This document shows positions 37,816-46,638 of a stretch of DNA of 64,000 nucleotides, piece after piece. Made by a program: the position numbers and the translations under genes. Positions within the stretch are counted from its first letter, which is position 1; each line of letters begins with the position of its first letter. The stretch is from an uncultured Bdellovibrionales bacterium (GTDB lineage Bacteria > Patescibacteriota > Minisyncoccia > Moranbacterales > UBA1568). Below the pieces are notes generated by a model, which saw nothing but the letters and a program-made list of their open reading frames with translations, had not been told where the DNA came from and did no database searches. Location: contig CAZTBI010000001.1 of the NCBI GenBank assembly GCA_964612055.1, positions 71,957-135,956 on the forward strand, given 5' to 3'.

Positions 37816-37945
37816 TAGAAGTTCCTGCCTTATCCGTCCTCGTTTGACTCGGCCGAGACAAGCCGCTTGGCCCGTCTCGACTCGGTCTCACCGAGGTGGA
37901 CCTGCTTCGGTGAGCGAAGCGAGACGAGCTACTCCCCAATGGAAT
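37816..37945 (-). pseudogene. degenerate duplicate of tRNA-Gln 5' portion interrupted by GC-rich palindromic inserts
   Basis: Minus-strand read: TTGGGGAGTAGC-[55 nt hairpin cluster]-GCCAAGCGG-[30 nt palindrome]-TAAGGCAGG. This reproduces tRNA-Gln positions 1-11, the D-loop and positions 20-28, in order. Confidence 0.5.
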
Positions 37946-37946
37946 C

Positions 37947-39533
37947 CTAGTTTTCGGTCACGACGTGACCACCAAGCATACTGAGTGCCTGGTTGATGAG
38001 AGGATTTTCATCGACACTCTGACTGGAAGCTGCTGTCTTGGTCTCGTCGAGCTTGATAACAAGCTTCATTTTGGCTCCTAGGATGGTATCAAAGGCCTTT
38101 TCCAGTGTCAATTGATTGGCTTTTTCCTCCAGGCGTTCTTTGTGAAAGGGGTATTTCACCGCGATGACAATAGTAGACCCGGTCGTTTCAATAGGGCGGG
38201 CAGTGGAGAGGCCAAGGGAGAGGGAAGCATTGAGCTTTTTGGCAGTATCAAGAATAGCCAGCCAGTGCTCTTTGATATGGGACAAATCAAAAACAGATTC
38301 AATAACTTCTTTACTTTCGCTCGCTATTGGTAATTCCTCGGTCTGAGTTTCTATTTTCGTTGGTGTTTTTGTATCAGCTTTTTTTTCGTGAACGAGAGGA
38401 GTTTTTGGTTCTGGGGGATTACTAGGTGGTGTAGCCTCTTTGTTCTGAGCCAAGATTTTTACGATAGCAATTTCGAGAGGCAGTTCCGGGATAACAGCCG
38501 TCTTGCTGGTGATATGAGCTATCTGAAACTCTTCCAGCATATGTACAATGTGCGCTGGCGTAAAAAGTGAAGAGAGTTCCAGCAGGATTGCTTGTTGTTC
38601 CTTTGTGAGTTCACCAAGTTCAGCGAGGCCGAGCTTTTGATTGGTGTTGACGAGGAGGAGGTCGCGTAGGGTATGAAGAATGAGTCCAGCAAAAAGCGAG
38701 AGATCAGTCCCATTCCCGGAAACCTCACGAACAAAAGAAAGGCTCTGGTACAACTGATTTTCTCCGATGAGACTGAGGAGATGAGTGACGTTGGCTTTTT
38801 TCGTCGTACCGAGCGCGTCAATGATCGTATCTTCGGTGATCGGTGAAATACCAAGCGAAGCAATCTGCATCAAGAGTGACTCAGCATCGCGCATACCACC
38901 CTCAGCCGCAAAAGCAATCATTTGCAGTGCTTCGTCACTGACTTTTAGTTTCTCTGCTTTGGCGATATAAGAAAGTTTTTCGACGATGCCTTTGACCGGA
39001 AAACGAGTCAGATCGAAACGCTGACAACGCGAAAGAATGGTATCAGGTACTTTATGAAGAGCGGTGGTAGCGAGAATGAAGACGACGTGCGCTGGTGGTT
39101 CCTCCAGGGTTTTGAGAAGGGCATTGAAGGCGCCAATAGAAAGCATGTGGACTTCGTCGATGATGTAGACCTTGTGAGAACCAAGGGCTGGCGGGAGAAC
39201 GACGGTCTCGCGGAGTTCACGAATATTGTCGACTCCGGTATGAGAGGCGGCGTCAATTTCGATGACATCAAAACTTTGTCCCTCAGCCATGATGAGACAG
39301 TGTTCGCATTTCCCACACGCCTCGGCGCCTTTGCGATTGGAACAGTTGATAGCTTTGGCAAAGAGTCTGGCAAGGGTTGTCTTGCCGGTGCCACGGGGAC
39401 CGGTAAAGAGATAGGCCTGACCAACTTTTCCGAGTTTGAGGGCGTTCTCGAGAGTGGTGACGACGTGTTTCTGCCCAATTACTTCGGAAAATTTCTGAGG
39501 ACGGTATTTGCGGTAAAAAGTCGAGGAGGACAT
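37947..39533 (-). CDS. dnaX: DNA polymerase III subunit gamma/tau
   Basis: YRKYRPQKFSEVIGQKHV...LFTGPRGTGKTTLARLFAKAINC...CGKCEHC gives the clamp-loader Walker A and zinc module. Confidence 0.93.
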   Translation of the reverse strand: MSSSTFYRKYRPQKFSEVIGQKHVVTTLENALKLGKVGQAYLFTGPRGTGKTTLARLFAKAINCSNRKGAEACGKCEHCLIMAEGQSFDVIEIDAASHTGVDNIRELRETVVLPPALGSHKVYIIDEVHMLSIGAFNALLKTLEEPPAHVVFILATTALHKVPDTILSRCQRFDLTRFPVKGIVEKLSYIAKAEKLKVSDEALQMIAFAAEGGMRDAESLLMQIASLGISPITEDTIIDALGTTKKANVTHLLSLIGENQLYQSLSFVREVSGNGTDLSLFAGLILHTLRDLLLVNTNQKLGLAELGELTKEQQAILLELSSLFTPAHIVHMLEEFQIAHITSKTAVIPELPLEIAIVKILAQNKEATPPSNPPEPKTPLVHEKKADTKTPTKIETQTEELPIASESKEVIESVFDLSHIKEHWLAILDTAKKLNASLSLGLSTARPIETTGSTIVIAVKYPFHKERLEEKANQLTLEKAFDTILGAKMKLVIKLDETKTAASSQSVDENPLINQALSMLGGHVVTEN

Positions 39534-39680
39534 AGGAAAAGGCTCAAAAAAAGAATCGCCTGAAGTTCATTCAGTATGTTGTCATTATATCACACCTGCC
39601 CGCCATGCCTCCGGCAGGTAAACCTTTGGAGGGAGACAAAAACCTCCCTGAAGAGAGGTTTTCTATATTGGGAAGATTGG

Positions 39681-40283
39681 CTATTTCTTGAAAACGAAGA
39701 ATTTGTAGCCGATGAAGTTCCAGGTGAGTACCAGGATAGAGGCCGTGAGGCCACCGATATTGGCCCAGGTCTTGTCGGCCATCCCGGCTGGAGCGCTGAT
39801 GACGTTTACCACGAAAGCGGTGATGCCAACGTTTAAGAGAAGTCCAACGAGACTGACCATGAGGAATTGAGTAAATTCTTCTCCGACGTTATGAACCTCT
39901 TTTTTCTCAAAGGACCAGAATTTATTCCAAACATAACTATTGACGATGGCAGCTAGGACGGAGAATGACTTGAAAACAACGATGAGATAACCGCTCGAGA
40001 CATCACTCAGATAGATAAAGAGATTGTAGATACCGAGGTCGACAACGGTATTGGCCACACCGATCAAGCCGAATTTCGCCAACTGGAAAAAGAACGAGCG
40101 GATTTTTGAGAGGAGATAGCCAGCGGCAATGCCAAGAGCCGAGAGCGTTGCTAAGAGAGGGACAAAGATGACAATAGGAACAGGAAGTTTCAGGGCAAGA
40201 TTGCTAAAAATGAATGGTGCCAAGATTCCAATAAAAGCACCATTGATAGCGCCAAATATAATATCGCGAGAAGAGAGGCGCAT
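39681..40283 (-). CDS. GtrA-family membrane protein (extended, ~200 aa)
   Basis: The C-terminal 130 aa has the GtrA signature (FGLIGVANTVVDLGIYNLF...W). There is an N-terminal extra TM hairpin. Confidence 0.6.
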   Translation of the reverse strand: MRLSSRDIIFGAINGAFIGILAPFIFSNLALKLPVPIVIFVPLLATLSALGIAAGYLLSKIRSFFFQLAKFGLIGVANTVVDLGIYNLFIYLSDVSSGYLIVVFKSFSVLAAIVNSYVWNKFWSFEKKEVHNVGEEFTQFLMVSLVGLLLNVGITAFVVNVISAPAGMADKTWANIGGLTASILVLTWNFIGYKFFVFKK

Positions 40284-40286
40284 AGG

Positions 40287-41066
40287 CTACTTCTGATTGT
40301 TGATTTCTTTTTCAATTTCTTCCATATCTCGCACCCAAGCATCAAGGGGGGAAGTGCTGATAGGCACCTCCTCAACATGAGGAGTAGGAGGGGGAGTGAT
40401 ATCTTTCAAATCCTTCCTCCAATTATTGATGACGCTATTTTGATCTGTAGCCTTGGCCATTTCACCCTGCCAGTCTTTGCTCGTGCCTTTCTGGATGACG
40501 TTTTCTATAGCAGCCCAGGAACTATCGATATCACGAGGAAGGACGACGGCTACCTCATCTCCAGGAGTGGCTTTGAAGTAGGTGATAGACGCCAAAAGTA
40601 CTCGGTGCGGTTTGCCATTGGCTAAGACGTAGTAATTGCCAGATTCGTCCTGGGTAACGATACCAAGGGCGTGACGACGCTCGATGGGGCCAATCTGTTT
40701 ATAAAGAAAAGTGCCAGTGTCAGTGATAGTGAGCTTGAGCATGTCGCCTTCAACCAATTTAGACTTGGAAGCGTAGTTGGCGGGAACAGGGTATTGCTTG
40801 CCATCGGTGCCAATCATAATCTGACCGTCAAAGGTTCCTTCGACGATAGTACCGCCGTTTTCGTCGACATCTACTTTTCGTGGTCGGCCAGACTTCTTCT
40901 TTCCTTCCAGCTGCAAAAGCATCGCCTTGGCGCTTTGGATGGTTTTTTCGGCGTTTCCTACCATATCGCGGAGCGCCTGGATTTTCATGGCTTGTTCAGC
41001 CTCGCCCGTTGTTTCCTCTTCGGGAGGAGTAATATGCTTGACCATAATTTTTTGTGTTTCGCGCAT
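40287..41066 (-). CDS. hypothetical protein
   Basis: 259-aa charged protein. No family recognised. Confidence 0.45.
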   Translation of the reverse strand: MRETQKIMVKHITPPEEETTGEAEQAMKIQALRDMVGNAEKTIQSAKAMLLQLEGKKKSGRPRKVDVDENGGTIVEGTFDGQIMIGTDGKQYPVPANYASKSKLVEGDMLKLTITDTGTFLYKQIGPIERRHALGIVTQDESGNYYVLANGKPHRVLLASITYFKATPGDEVAVVLPRDIDSSWAAIENVIQKGTSKDWQGEMAKATDQNSVINNWRKDLKDITPPPTPHVEEVPISTSPLDAWVRDMEEIEKEINNQK

Positions 41067-41225
41067 CCCAGAAAAAATTCTGTTCCAAGAGATGGCGCCC
41101 CTTTTAGTTTTTGTTTGGATATTCTTATTATAAACGAAACTTTTTTGTCGAGCAAGTGTGTGTTCTTTTTTCGAGCTGGGATTTCAAGGAAAAGAGGGCA
41201 CTTTTTTGACGGGACGTAGCGGCTC

Positions 41226-41255
41226 TTGACAAAATATAGGAATATGCGCTAATAT
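41226..41255 (+). promoter_or_regulatory. sigma70-type promoter (TTGACA-18-TAATAT)
   Basis: Consensus -35 and strong -10, about 70 nt upstream of the 41324 ORF. Confidence 0.55.
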
Positions 41256-41323
41256 GAGGCGATAGCATAAGTGATTTTTGCATCTCTCCATTAAGTCAAT
41301 TTTTCGTTAAAGACGCTCACTCT

Positions 41324-42385
41324 ATGACCACCCCCAAAGGAACCCCATCTCTCGATCCTCTCGACGCATCAAAGGTGCTTTTTTCGTCGACCCTCCAGAC
41401 CCTTTTGGAGCACCTGCCACCACGTTCCCGGAGCATTGTCGAGGAGCGTTTTGGTGTCGGTACTGGTACTCCAAAGACTCTCGAGGAAATCGGGAAGTCA
41501 TATCAGATTACTCGCGAGCGCGTGCGTCAGGTCATCGGGAGTGCTCTAGGATTTCTTTCTCATGAAAAGGGTCATCCTTCGATTGGCCAAGTCGTTGATT
41601 CTATACAGAAAGCTTTGAACGAAAAGCATGGCGTCATGAAGGCTGATGAATTACTTGAAAAACTTTCTTCTCAGAGCAAGAAGGAGCGCGGAGCGTTGCT
41701 CGCTTTTCTCGAAGCCCTGTCAGTTGTCAAAGAAGAGAAGGCAACAAAGGAATATGAAAAACTGTATCGTTTGAAAGATTTTTCACTCAGTCATTTGCAT
41801 GAGGTAAAGGAATTGGCCAAGAAAGTTCTCATCGAAGCGAAGGATGCTCTCGATGCGACCGAGTTTTATGCTCGTTTCAAAAAACTGCGTCCGGAACTTA
41901 CCAAGCAGGAACTTTTCAATCTTCTTTCCGTATCGAAAGAAATAAAGCAGAACGTTTTCGGGAAGTGGGGACTGGCGAGTTGGAGTGATATCCGACCTCG
42001 AGGAACCCGTGAAAAGGCCTACTTGGTTTTGAAAACTGCCGAGAAGCCACTGCACTTCCGTGATATTGCAAAATTGATTGATAGTTACGGTCTCCAAAAG
42101 AGAAACCGCAGTCATCCTCAGACGGTGCACAATGAGCTCATCAAAGATAAGGGCTTCGTCTTAGTCGGGCGCGGTATCTATGCGTTGTCTGAATGGGGCT
42201 ACAAGCGTGGAACCGTGAAGGATGTCATTGCTGATATTCTGAAAGTTTCCGGAAAGGCCCTTTCTCGAGAAGAAGTATTGGTGGAAGTACTGAAAGTGCG
42301 CCAAGTGAAAAAATCAACAGTCGTGATCAACTTGAATACATTCTTTGCGCGGACGGGAAAGAACGCGTATACTATCAAGCAGTAA
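41324..42385 (+). CDS. sigma-70 region-4-like HTH domain protein (CPR-type, N-terminal r4 helix-turn-helix)
   Basis: RSIVEERFGVGTGTPKTLEEIGKSYQITRERVRQV resembles sigma-70 region 4.2. The remaining roughly 270 aa are unassigned. Confidence 0.55.
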   Translation: MTTPKGTPSLDPLDASKVLFSSTLQTLLEHLPPRSRSIVEERFGVGTGTPKTLEEIGKSYQITRERVRQVIGSALGFLSHEKGHPSIGQVVDSIQKALNEKHGVMKADELLEKLSSQSKKERGALLAFLEALSVVKEEKATKEYEKLYRLKDFSLSHLHEVKELAKKVLIEAKDALDATEFYARFKKLRPELTKQELFNLLSVSKEIKQNVFGKWGLASWSDIRPRGTREKAYLVLKTAEKPLHFRDIAKLIDSYGLQKRNRSHPQTVHNELIKDKGFVLVGRGIYALSEWGYKRGTVKDVIADILKVSGKALSREEVLVEVLKVRQVKKSTVVINLNTFFARTGKNAYTIKQ

Positions 42386-42404
42386 GGCTTGTTATGTGTG
42401 ACGA

Positions 42405-42552
42405 GGGTCAACCCCGCACTATTTTGGCGCTAAGAATTTTTTAAAAAAAGTCAGACACGAAAGTGTTCTGACATGGTCCATCGATATAACCACTCTTTTG
42501 GTTTCAGAATGCCTTCGGCATTTGCGCCAAGAGAGTGCGGGGTCAACGCACC
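42405..42552 (+). promoter_or_regulatory. structured 5' leader: ~150-nt long-range inverted repeat enclosing two hairpins (one UUCG-capped)
   Basis: Arms gaccccgcact..ttggcgc (42408..42430) and gcgccaa..agtgcggggtc (42524..42546). Internal hairpins gtcagacacgaaagtgttctgac and aatgcc-TTCG-ggcatt. The element ends 10 nt before the ATG at 42562. Confidence 0.45.
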
Positions 42553-42561
42553 TCTTTTGCC

Positions 42562-43866
42562 ATGAGTACTCTTTTTTCCAATATAACTGAAGCGTTTTCT
42601 CTTATGGGAAGCGTTTTTTCCGTTGTCATGAGTGTGTGGTTTATTCTTTTTCCACCACTTTTGTATTTCTTGTTCAAGCTCCTCTGGATGTTTCATGTTT
42701 GGGGGCACTATGGGAGTAAAATTCAGTGGGTGCTCCTTGAGATCGTGCCGCCACGAGATATTGAGAAGAGTCCGGCCCTGATGGAGTCTATCTTTTCTGG
42801 CTTCGCTGGTGTCATGAAGTCACCGAGTGCCATGGAGGAACTGATCAAAGGGGAGTACCCGACATCATTTTCTTTGGAGATAGCGAGCAACGAAGGACAG
42901 GTGCACTTTTATGTACGTACTCAAGCTGGTTTTCGTAACCTCGTAGAAGCTCATTTTTACGCTCAGTATCCTGGCATCGAATTGGTAGAGGTAGAGGATT
43001 ATGTCAATTTGGTGCCGAAGACGATTCCGAATAAAGATTGGGATTTGTGGGGGACGGATTTCGTTTTCGTGAAACCGGACCTTTATCCGATCAAGACCTA
43101 TCGTTTTTTTGAAGAAACCGTGACCGGGAAGATGATTGATCCTTTGGCCGGACTCATTGAAACCATGGCCAAGACCGGTCCAAAGCAGTACATCTGGCTA
43201 CAGTTCATCATCACTCCCTATAGTGAGAAATGGTATGCCACTGGCCAGGGGACAATTGATGAATTTTTAGGCAAGGTGAAAGAAGAAAAGCAGGGCATGA
43301 TCAGCCGAATTTTTTGGGATATTTTAGACGTTTTTGCCAATCTGGGCCGTGGTCTCCTGGGTCAGGAAGTTATTTTTTCTGGCAGTGAAGAAGCTGCCAA
43401 GAAGGAGGAGCAACCATTGGAGTTTCGCTTGTCGCCGGGTCAGAAAAAGGTGTTGGAAGCGCTCGAGAACAATCTCGGGAAGCAGATGTTCAAGACGCGT
43501 ATGCGCCATGTCTACGTCGGTCGAAGAGAAGCGTTCAATAAACCAACTGGAGTTTCTTCTTTTATTGGGGCCATCAAACAGTTCAATGACTTCAACTTAA
43601 ATAGCGTGAAGCCAGATGATAACTCAAAGACGTACGCCAGTTATATTTTTGCTGAAGAGCGTTTGCGTTACCGTCAGCGGCGTTTGTTTCGTCGCTATGC
43701 GACTCGTGATTCTGATCCGCAGAGCTCTCGTTTTATGTTGAGTAGCGAAGAGTTAGCTACTGTTTTCCATATTCCAGATATGGCAGTTATGGCACCGACA
43801 CTGACTCGTGTGGCAGCACGTCGTGGCGGCGCTCCGATGAACCTCCCTATCCAAGAAACCGAATAA
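42562..43866 (+). CDS. membrane-anchored hypothetical protein (N-terminal TM hairpin + ~380-aa soluble domain), partner of downstream ATPase
   Basis: Two N-terminal TM helices (VFSVVMSVWFILFPPLLYFLFKLLWMF). There is a 4-nt gap to the next gene. No recognised family. Confidence 0.55.
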   Translation: MSTLFSNITEAFSLMGSVFSVVMSVWFILFPPLLYFLFKLLWMFHVWGHYGSKIQWVLLEIVPPRDIEKSPALMESIFSGFAGVMKSPSAMEELIKGEYPTSFSLEIASNEGQVHFYVRTQAGFRNLVEAHFYAQYPGIELVEVEDYVNLVPKTIPNKDWDLWGTDFVFVKPDLYPIKTYRFFEETVTGKMIDPLAGLIETMAKTGPKQYIWLQFIITPYSEKWYATGQGTIDEFLGKVKEEKQGMISRIFWDILDVFANLGRGLLGQEVIFSGSEEAAKKEEQPLEFRLSPGQKKVLEALENNLGKQMFKTRMRHVYVGRREAFNKPTGVSSFIGAIKQFNDFNLNSVKPDDNSKTYASYIFAEERLRYRQRRLFRRYATRDSDPQSSRFMLSSEELATVFHIPDMAVMAPTLTRVAARRGGAPMNLPIQETE

Positions 43867-43870
43867 TACT

Positions 43871-46048
43871 ATGCTTGATCAGAACGAAATTACTTTTTTT
43901 GCCAAGACGAACTTCCGCAATCAGGAGCGGGTTTTTGGTATCAAAACAGATGATCGACGCCGTCACATGTATGTGATCGGAAAGACGGGTATGGGAAAAA
44001 CCAACCTCTTGGAAAACCTAGCTATCCAGGATATTCAAAAAGGTCACGGTATTGCCTTTATCGATCCGCACGGTGATACGGCAGAAAAACTGATCAAAGC
44101 CATTCCGAGCAACCGTATCAATGATGTTATTTATTTCAACCCGGCTGATCAGGATTTTCCTATCGCGTTCAATGTGATGGAGAAGGTTGATCCAGAGTAT
44201 CGCCACCTTGTCGCTTCCGGTTTGGTCGGCGTGTTCAAAAAAATCTGGGCGGACTCCTGGGGACCACGTCTCGAATATATCTTGCGCAATGCTATTTTGG
44301 GACTGCTGGAATATCCGGGCAGTACGCTTCTCGGGGTGACGCGTATTTTGGTGGACAAATCTTATCGTGAACGCGTGGTAGAAAAAATCACCGACCCGGT
44401 GGTGCGTTCTTTCTGGGTGGATGAATTCTCAAAGTGGGATCCCCGCGTGCTTCAGGAGGTGATCTCGCCGATCCAGAACAAGGTGGGGCAGTTTCTTTCG
44501 AGCGCCCTTATCAGAAATATCGTTGGTCAGACAGTATCATCTTTCGATGTGCGCAAGATCATGGATGAACGCAAGATCCTCATCATGAACCTTTCCAAAG
44601 GTCGCCTCGGTGAAGATAATAGCGCCCTTCTGGGAGCCATGATGATTACCAAGATACAGCTCGCCGCTATGGGTCGGGTGGACATTCCTGAAGAGACCCG
44701 CGCTGACTTTTATCTCTACGTTGATGAATTCCAGAACTTTGCCACGGAGTCGTTTGCGAATATCCTTTCTGAAGCTCGTAAGTATCACTTGAACCTCATC
44801 CTGGCTAATCAGTACGTGACCCAGATTGATGAAGAGGTGCGTGATGCTATTTTCGGAAACGCAGGCTCTATCATCTCATTTCGAGTGGGCGCTATGGACG
44901 CCGAATTTTTGGAAAAGGAATTCGAGCCGGTTTTTATGATGAATGATATCGTCAATTTGGCGAAGTATCAGATTTACCTCAAGCTCATGATTGATGGTAT
45001 CGCGGGAGATGCTTTCAGTGCTACGACGCTGCCACCAATCAAACTTGAGACCGCTGCTAATGAGCAGAAGATTATTGATGCTTCTCGAGAACGTTATACG
45101 ACGAAGAAAGAAGAGGTAGAGGAGAAAATTCGTCGTTGGAGCGGCATGTTGTCAGCCGAAGAGCGTCAAGCCCTCGTTCAGCCAAGAAGCCCTGCTCCGA
45201 TTCCGGCAGCTCGACCAAAGGAACCTGTCAGGTCTCAAGCTCCCGCTCCGGCGCGTTCACAATCCGTGCCAGCTGCTCCGAGGGTAGAGCGGTCCGGAGA
45301 AGGTCGTTACGCCGCTCCCAAGGCCCCTGTCGCTCCTTCTATTCCGAAAGCTCCAGCCCCGGTAGTGTCTAAAGTTGCACCAGTCCAGAAGGAGGGGGCG
45401 TATTCTCCGAAACAAGCATCAGCCGTCTTGCAATCTGCTCTGACGCAGAAGCAAGCTCCAACTCCCGTCGCTCCGAAGCCAGATTTTGTGCCGCCCATGG
45501 CACCGAAGAAGGAACCGATGATTTCACTCGATGAATTTGAAAAGGAAGAGGAGAGGAGTCAGCTTCGGCTAGAAGAAAAAGAAGAGCCAGGGGATCAGGG
45601 AATAGTAGGGGGTGTCGAAACAGAAGCTTTGGCAGAGGTGCCGGAGAAGAAGCTCTACCAAGCACAGTGCGCCACCTGCGGCACTGATATTGAGGTGCCT
45701 TTTGAGCCAGATGGGAGTAGGCCAACTTTCTGCAAGGACTGTCTGCGTGATTATCAACGAGCGACCGCCAAGGCCCGCAATGAGATAGAGAAAAACCAAG
45801 CCACGAGAGCGGCGATGGGAAATGGAGGGGGCATGCCGCGGCAGAATGCTCCAGAACGGCGCGATATTCCTCGAGACCGCGTGGTTTCTCACCAATCCTA
45901 TGCTTCATCTGAACGGCCGCTTTCTTTGGCTCAGGTGCAACATATTGAACCCAAGAAATTCAAGGCCTTGAGAAAGCGACCAGAACTCAATCTCTCTGAG
46001 GTGCGAGCACTGATTGATGATACTCGAAGAACTCAAGGGGGCGCGTAG
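43871..46048 (+). CDS. VirD4/TraG/TraD-like (T4 coupling protein family) P-loop ATPase with Pro/Ala-rich linker and C-terminal CxxC...CxxC zinc ribbon
   Basis: Walker A VIGKTGMGKTNLL followed by the T4CP-typical IAFIDPHGD. Walker B is FYLYVDEFQNF. The C-terminus has QCATCGTDIEVPFEPDGSRPTFCKDCL. Confidence 0.55.
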   Translation: MLDQNEITFFAKTNFRNQERVFGIKTDDRRRHMYVIGKTGMGKTNLLENLAIQDIQKGHGIAFIDPHGDTAEKLIKAIPSNRINDVIYFNPADQDFPIAFNVMEKVDPEYRHLVASGLVGVFKKIWADSWGPRLEYILRNAILGLLEYPGSTLLGVTRILVDKSYRERVVEKITDPVVRSFWVDEFSKWDPRVLQEVISPIQNKVGQFLSSALIRNIVGQTVSSFDVRKIMDERKILIMNLSKGRLGEDNSALLGAMMITKIQLAAMGRVDIPEETRADFYLYVDEFQNFATESFANILSEARKYHLNLILANQYVTQIDEEVRDAIFGNAGSIISFRVGAMDAEFLEKEFEPVFMMNDIVNLAKYQIYLKLMIDGIAGDAFSATTLPPIKLETAANEQKIIDASRERYTTKKEEVEEKIRRWSGMLSAEERQALVQPRSPAPIPAARPKEPVRSQAPAPARSQSVPAAPRVERSGEGRYAAPKAPVAPSIPKAPAPVVSKVAPVQKEGAYSPKQASAVLQSALTQKQAPTPVAPKPDFVPPMAPKKEPMISLDEFEKEEERSQLRLEEKEEPGDQGIVGGVETEALAEVPEKKLYQAQCATCGTDIEVPFEPDGSRPTFCKDCLRDYQRATAKARNEIEKNQATRAAMGNGGGMPRQNAPERRDIPRDRVVSHQSYASSERPLSLAQVQHIEPKKFKALRKRPELNLSEVRALIDDTRRTQGGA

Positions 46049-46118
46049 AAGGTTTTTCGTGGTTGTCCAGAGGCATTTTTTTTGCTACCATAGTACAGTA
46101 AGCGTTGAAAAGAAGTGT

Positions 46119-46229
46119 ATGAGTTTTAGACGGTGGCACAAAAAGATCTATGCATTTTGGGTGGTTATTTCCGTGCTCGTAGTAGTATCGATGATTGGTT
46201 TTCTTTTTGCGCCGTTCTTCATGTATTGA
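46119..46229 (+). CDS. possible small single-TM membrane protein (36 aa)
   Basis: MSFRRWHKKIYAFWVVISVLVVVSMIGFLFAPFFMY, immediately upstream of the ftsB-like gene. Speculative. Confidence 0.25.
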   Translation: MSFRRWHKKIYAFWVVISVLVVVSMIGFLFAPFFMY

Positions 46230-46237
46230 GGTTGATT

Positions 46238-46630
46238 ATGACAGCGAAGTATTTGATGCGGGCAGGCGTTGTTATCATCGTTGCCTTGATCTCTTGGGCA
46301 GTGTATGTTTCTTCGAAGCAGCTTTCTCGGAATCAGCGGATTGAGGATGAGGTGAGCGCTCTCCAGGAAGAAGCCAACAAGATCAGTCGTGAAAACGAAA
46401 CCTTGACCGAAAAGATTCGCTATTTTGATTCCAATGATTTCCGTGAGCAAGAAGCAAAGGAAAAACTTGGCATGAAGAAGGCAGGGGAAGAGGTCGTGGT
46501 GATAAAATCATGGCAGCAAGATGAGGAGGAGGCATCACCGATAGACACCAAAGCAGCTTCCTTAGAGCAGATCGACGAACAGTCTCCGAATTATAAAAAG
46601 TGGTGGCATCTTTTCTTCAGCGAATTGTAA
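46238..46630 (+). CDS. septum formation initiator (FtsB/DivIC family)
   Basis: Single TM, coiled coil (EDEVSALQEEANKISRENETLTEKIRY), then a conserved E..AKEKLGM..GEEVV motif. Confidence 0.65.
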   Translation: MTAKYLMRAGVVIIVALISWAVYVSSKQLSRNQRIEDEVSALQEEANKISRENETLTEKIRYFDSNDFREQEAKEKLGMKKAGEEVVVIKSWQQDEEEASPIDTKAASLEQIDEQSPNYKKWWHLFFSEL

Positions 46631-46638
46631 ATATTTTT

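Noticed and set aside
39534-39680. Possible SRP (4.5S) RNA upstream of dnaX, as in many bacteria where ffs precedes dnaX
   Set aside because: Hairpins are present (ggagggag..ctccct, cctgcc..ggcagg). The conserved domain-IV features (GNRA loop with the AGGAAGCAGCC-type symmetric loop) could not be found on either strand. It was left unannotated. A cmsearch with the SRP model would settle it.
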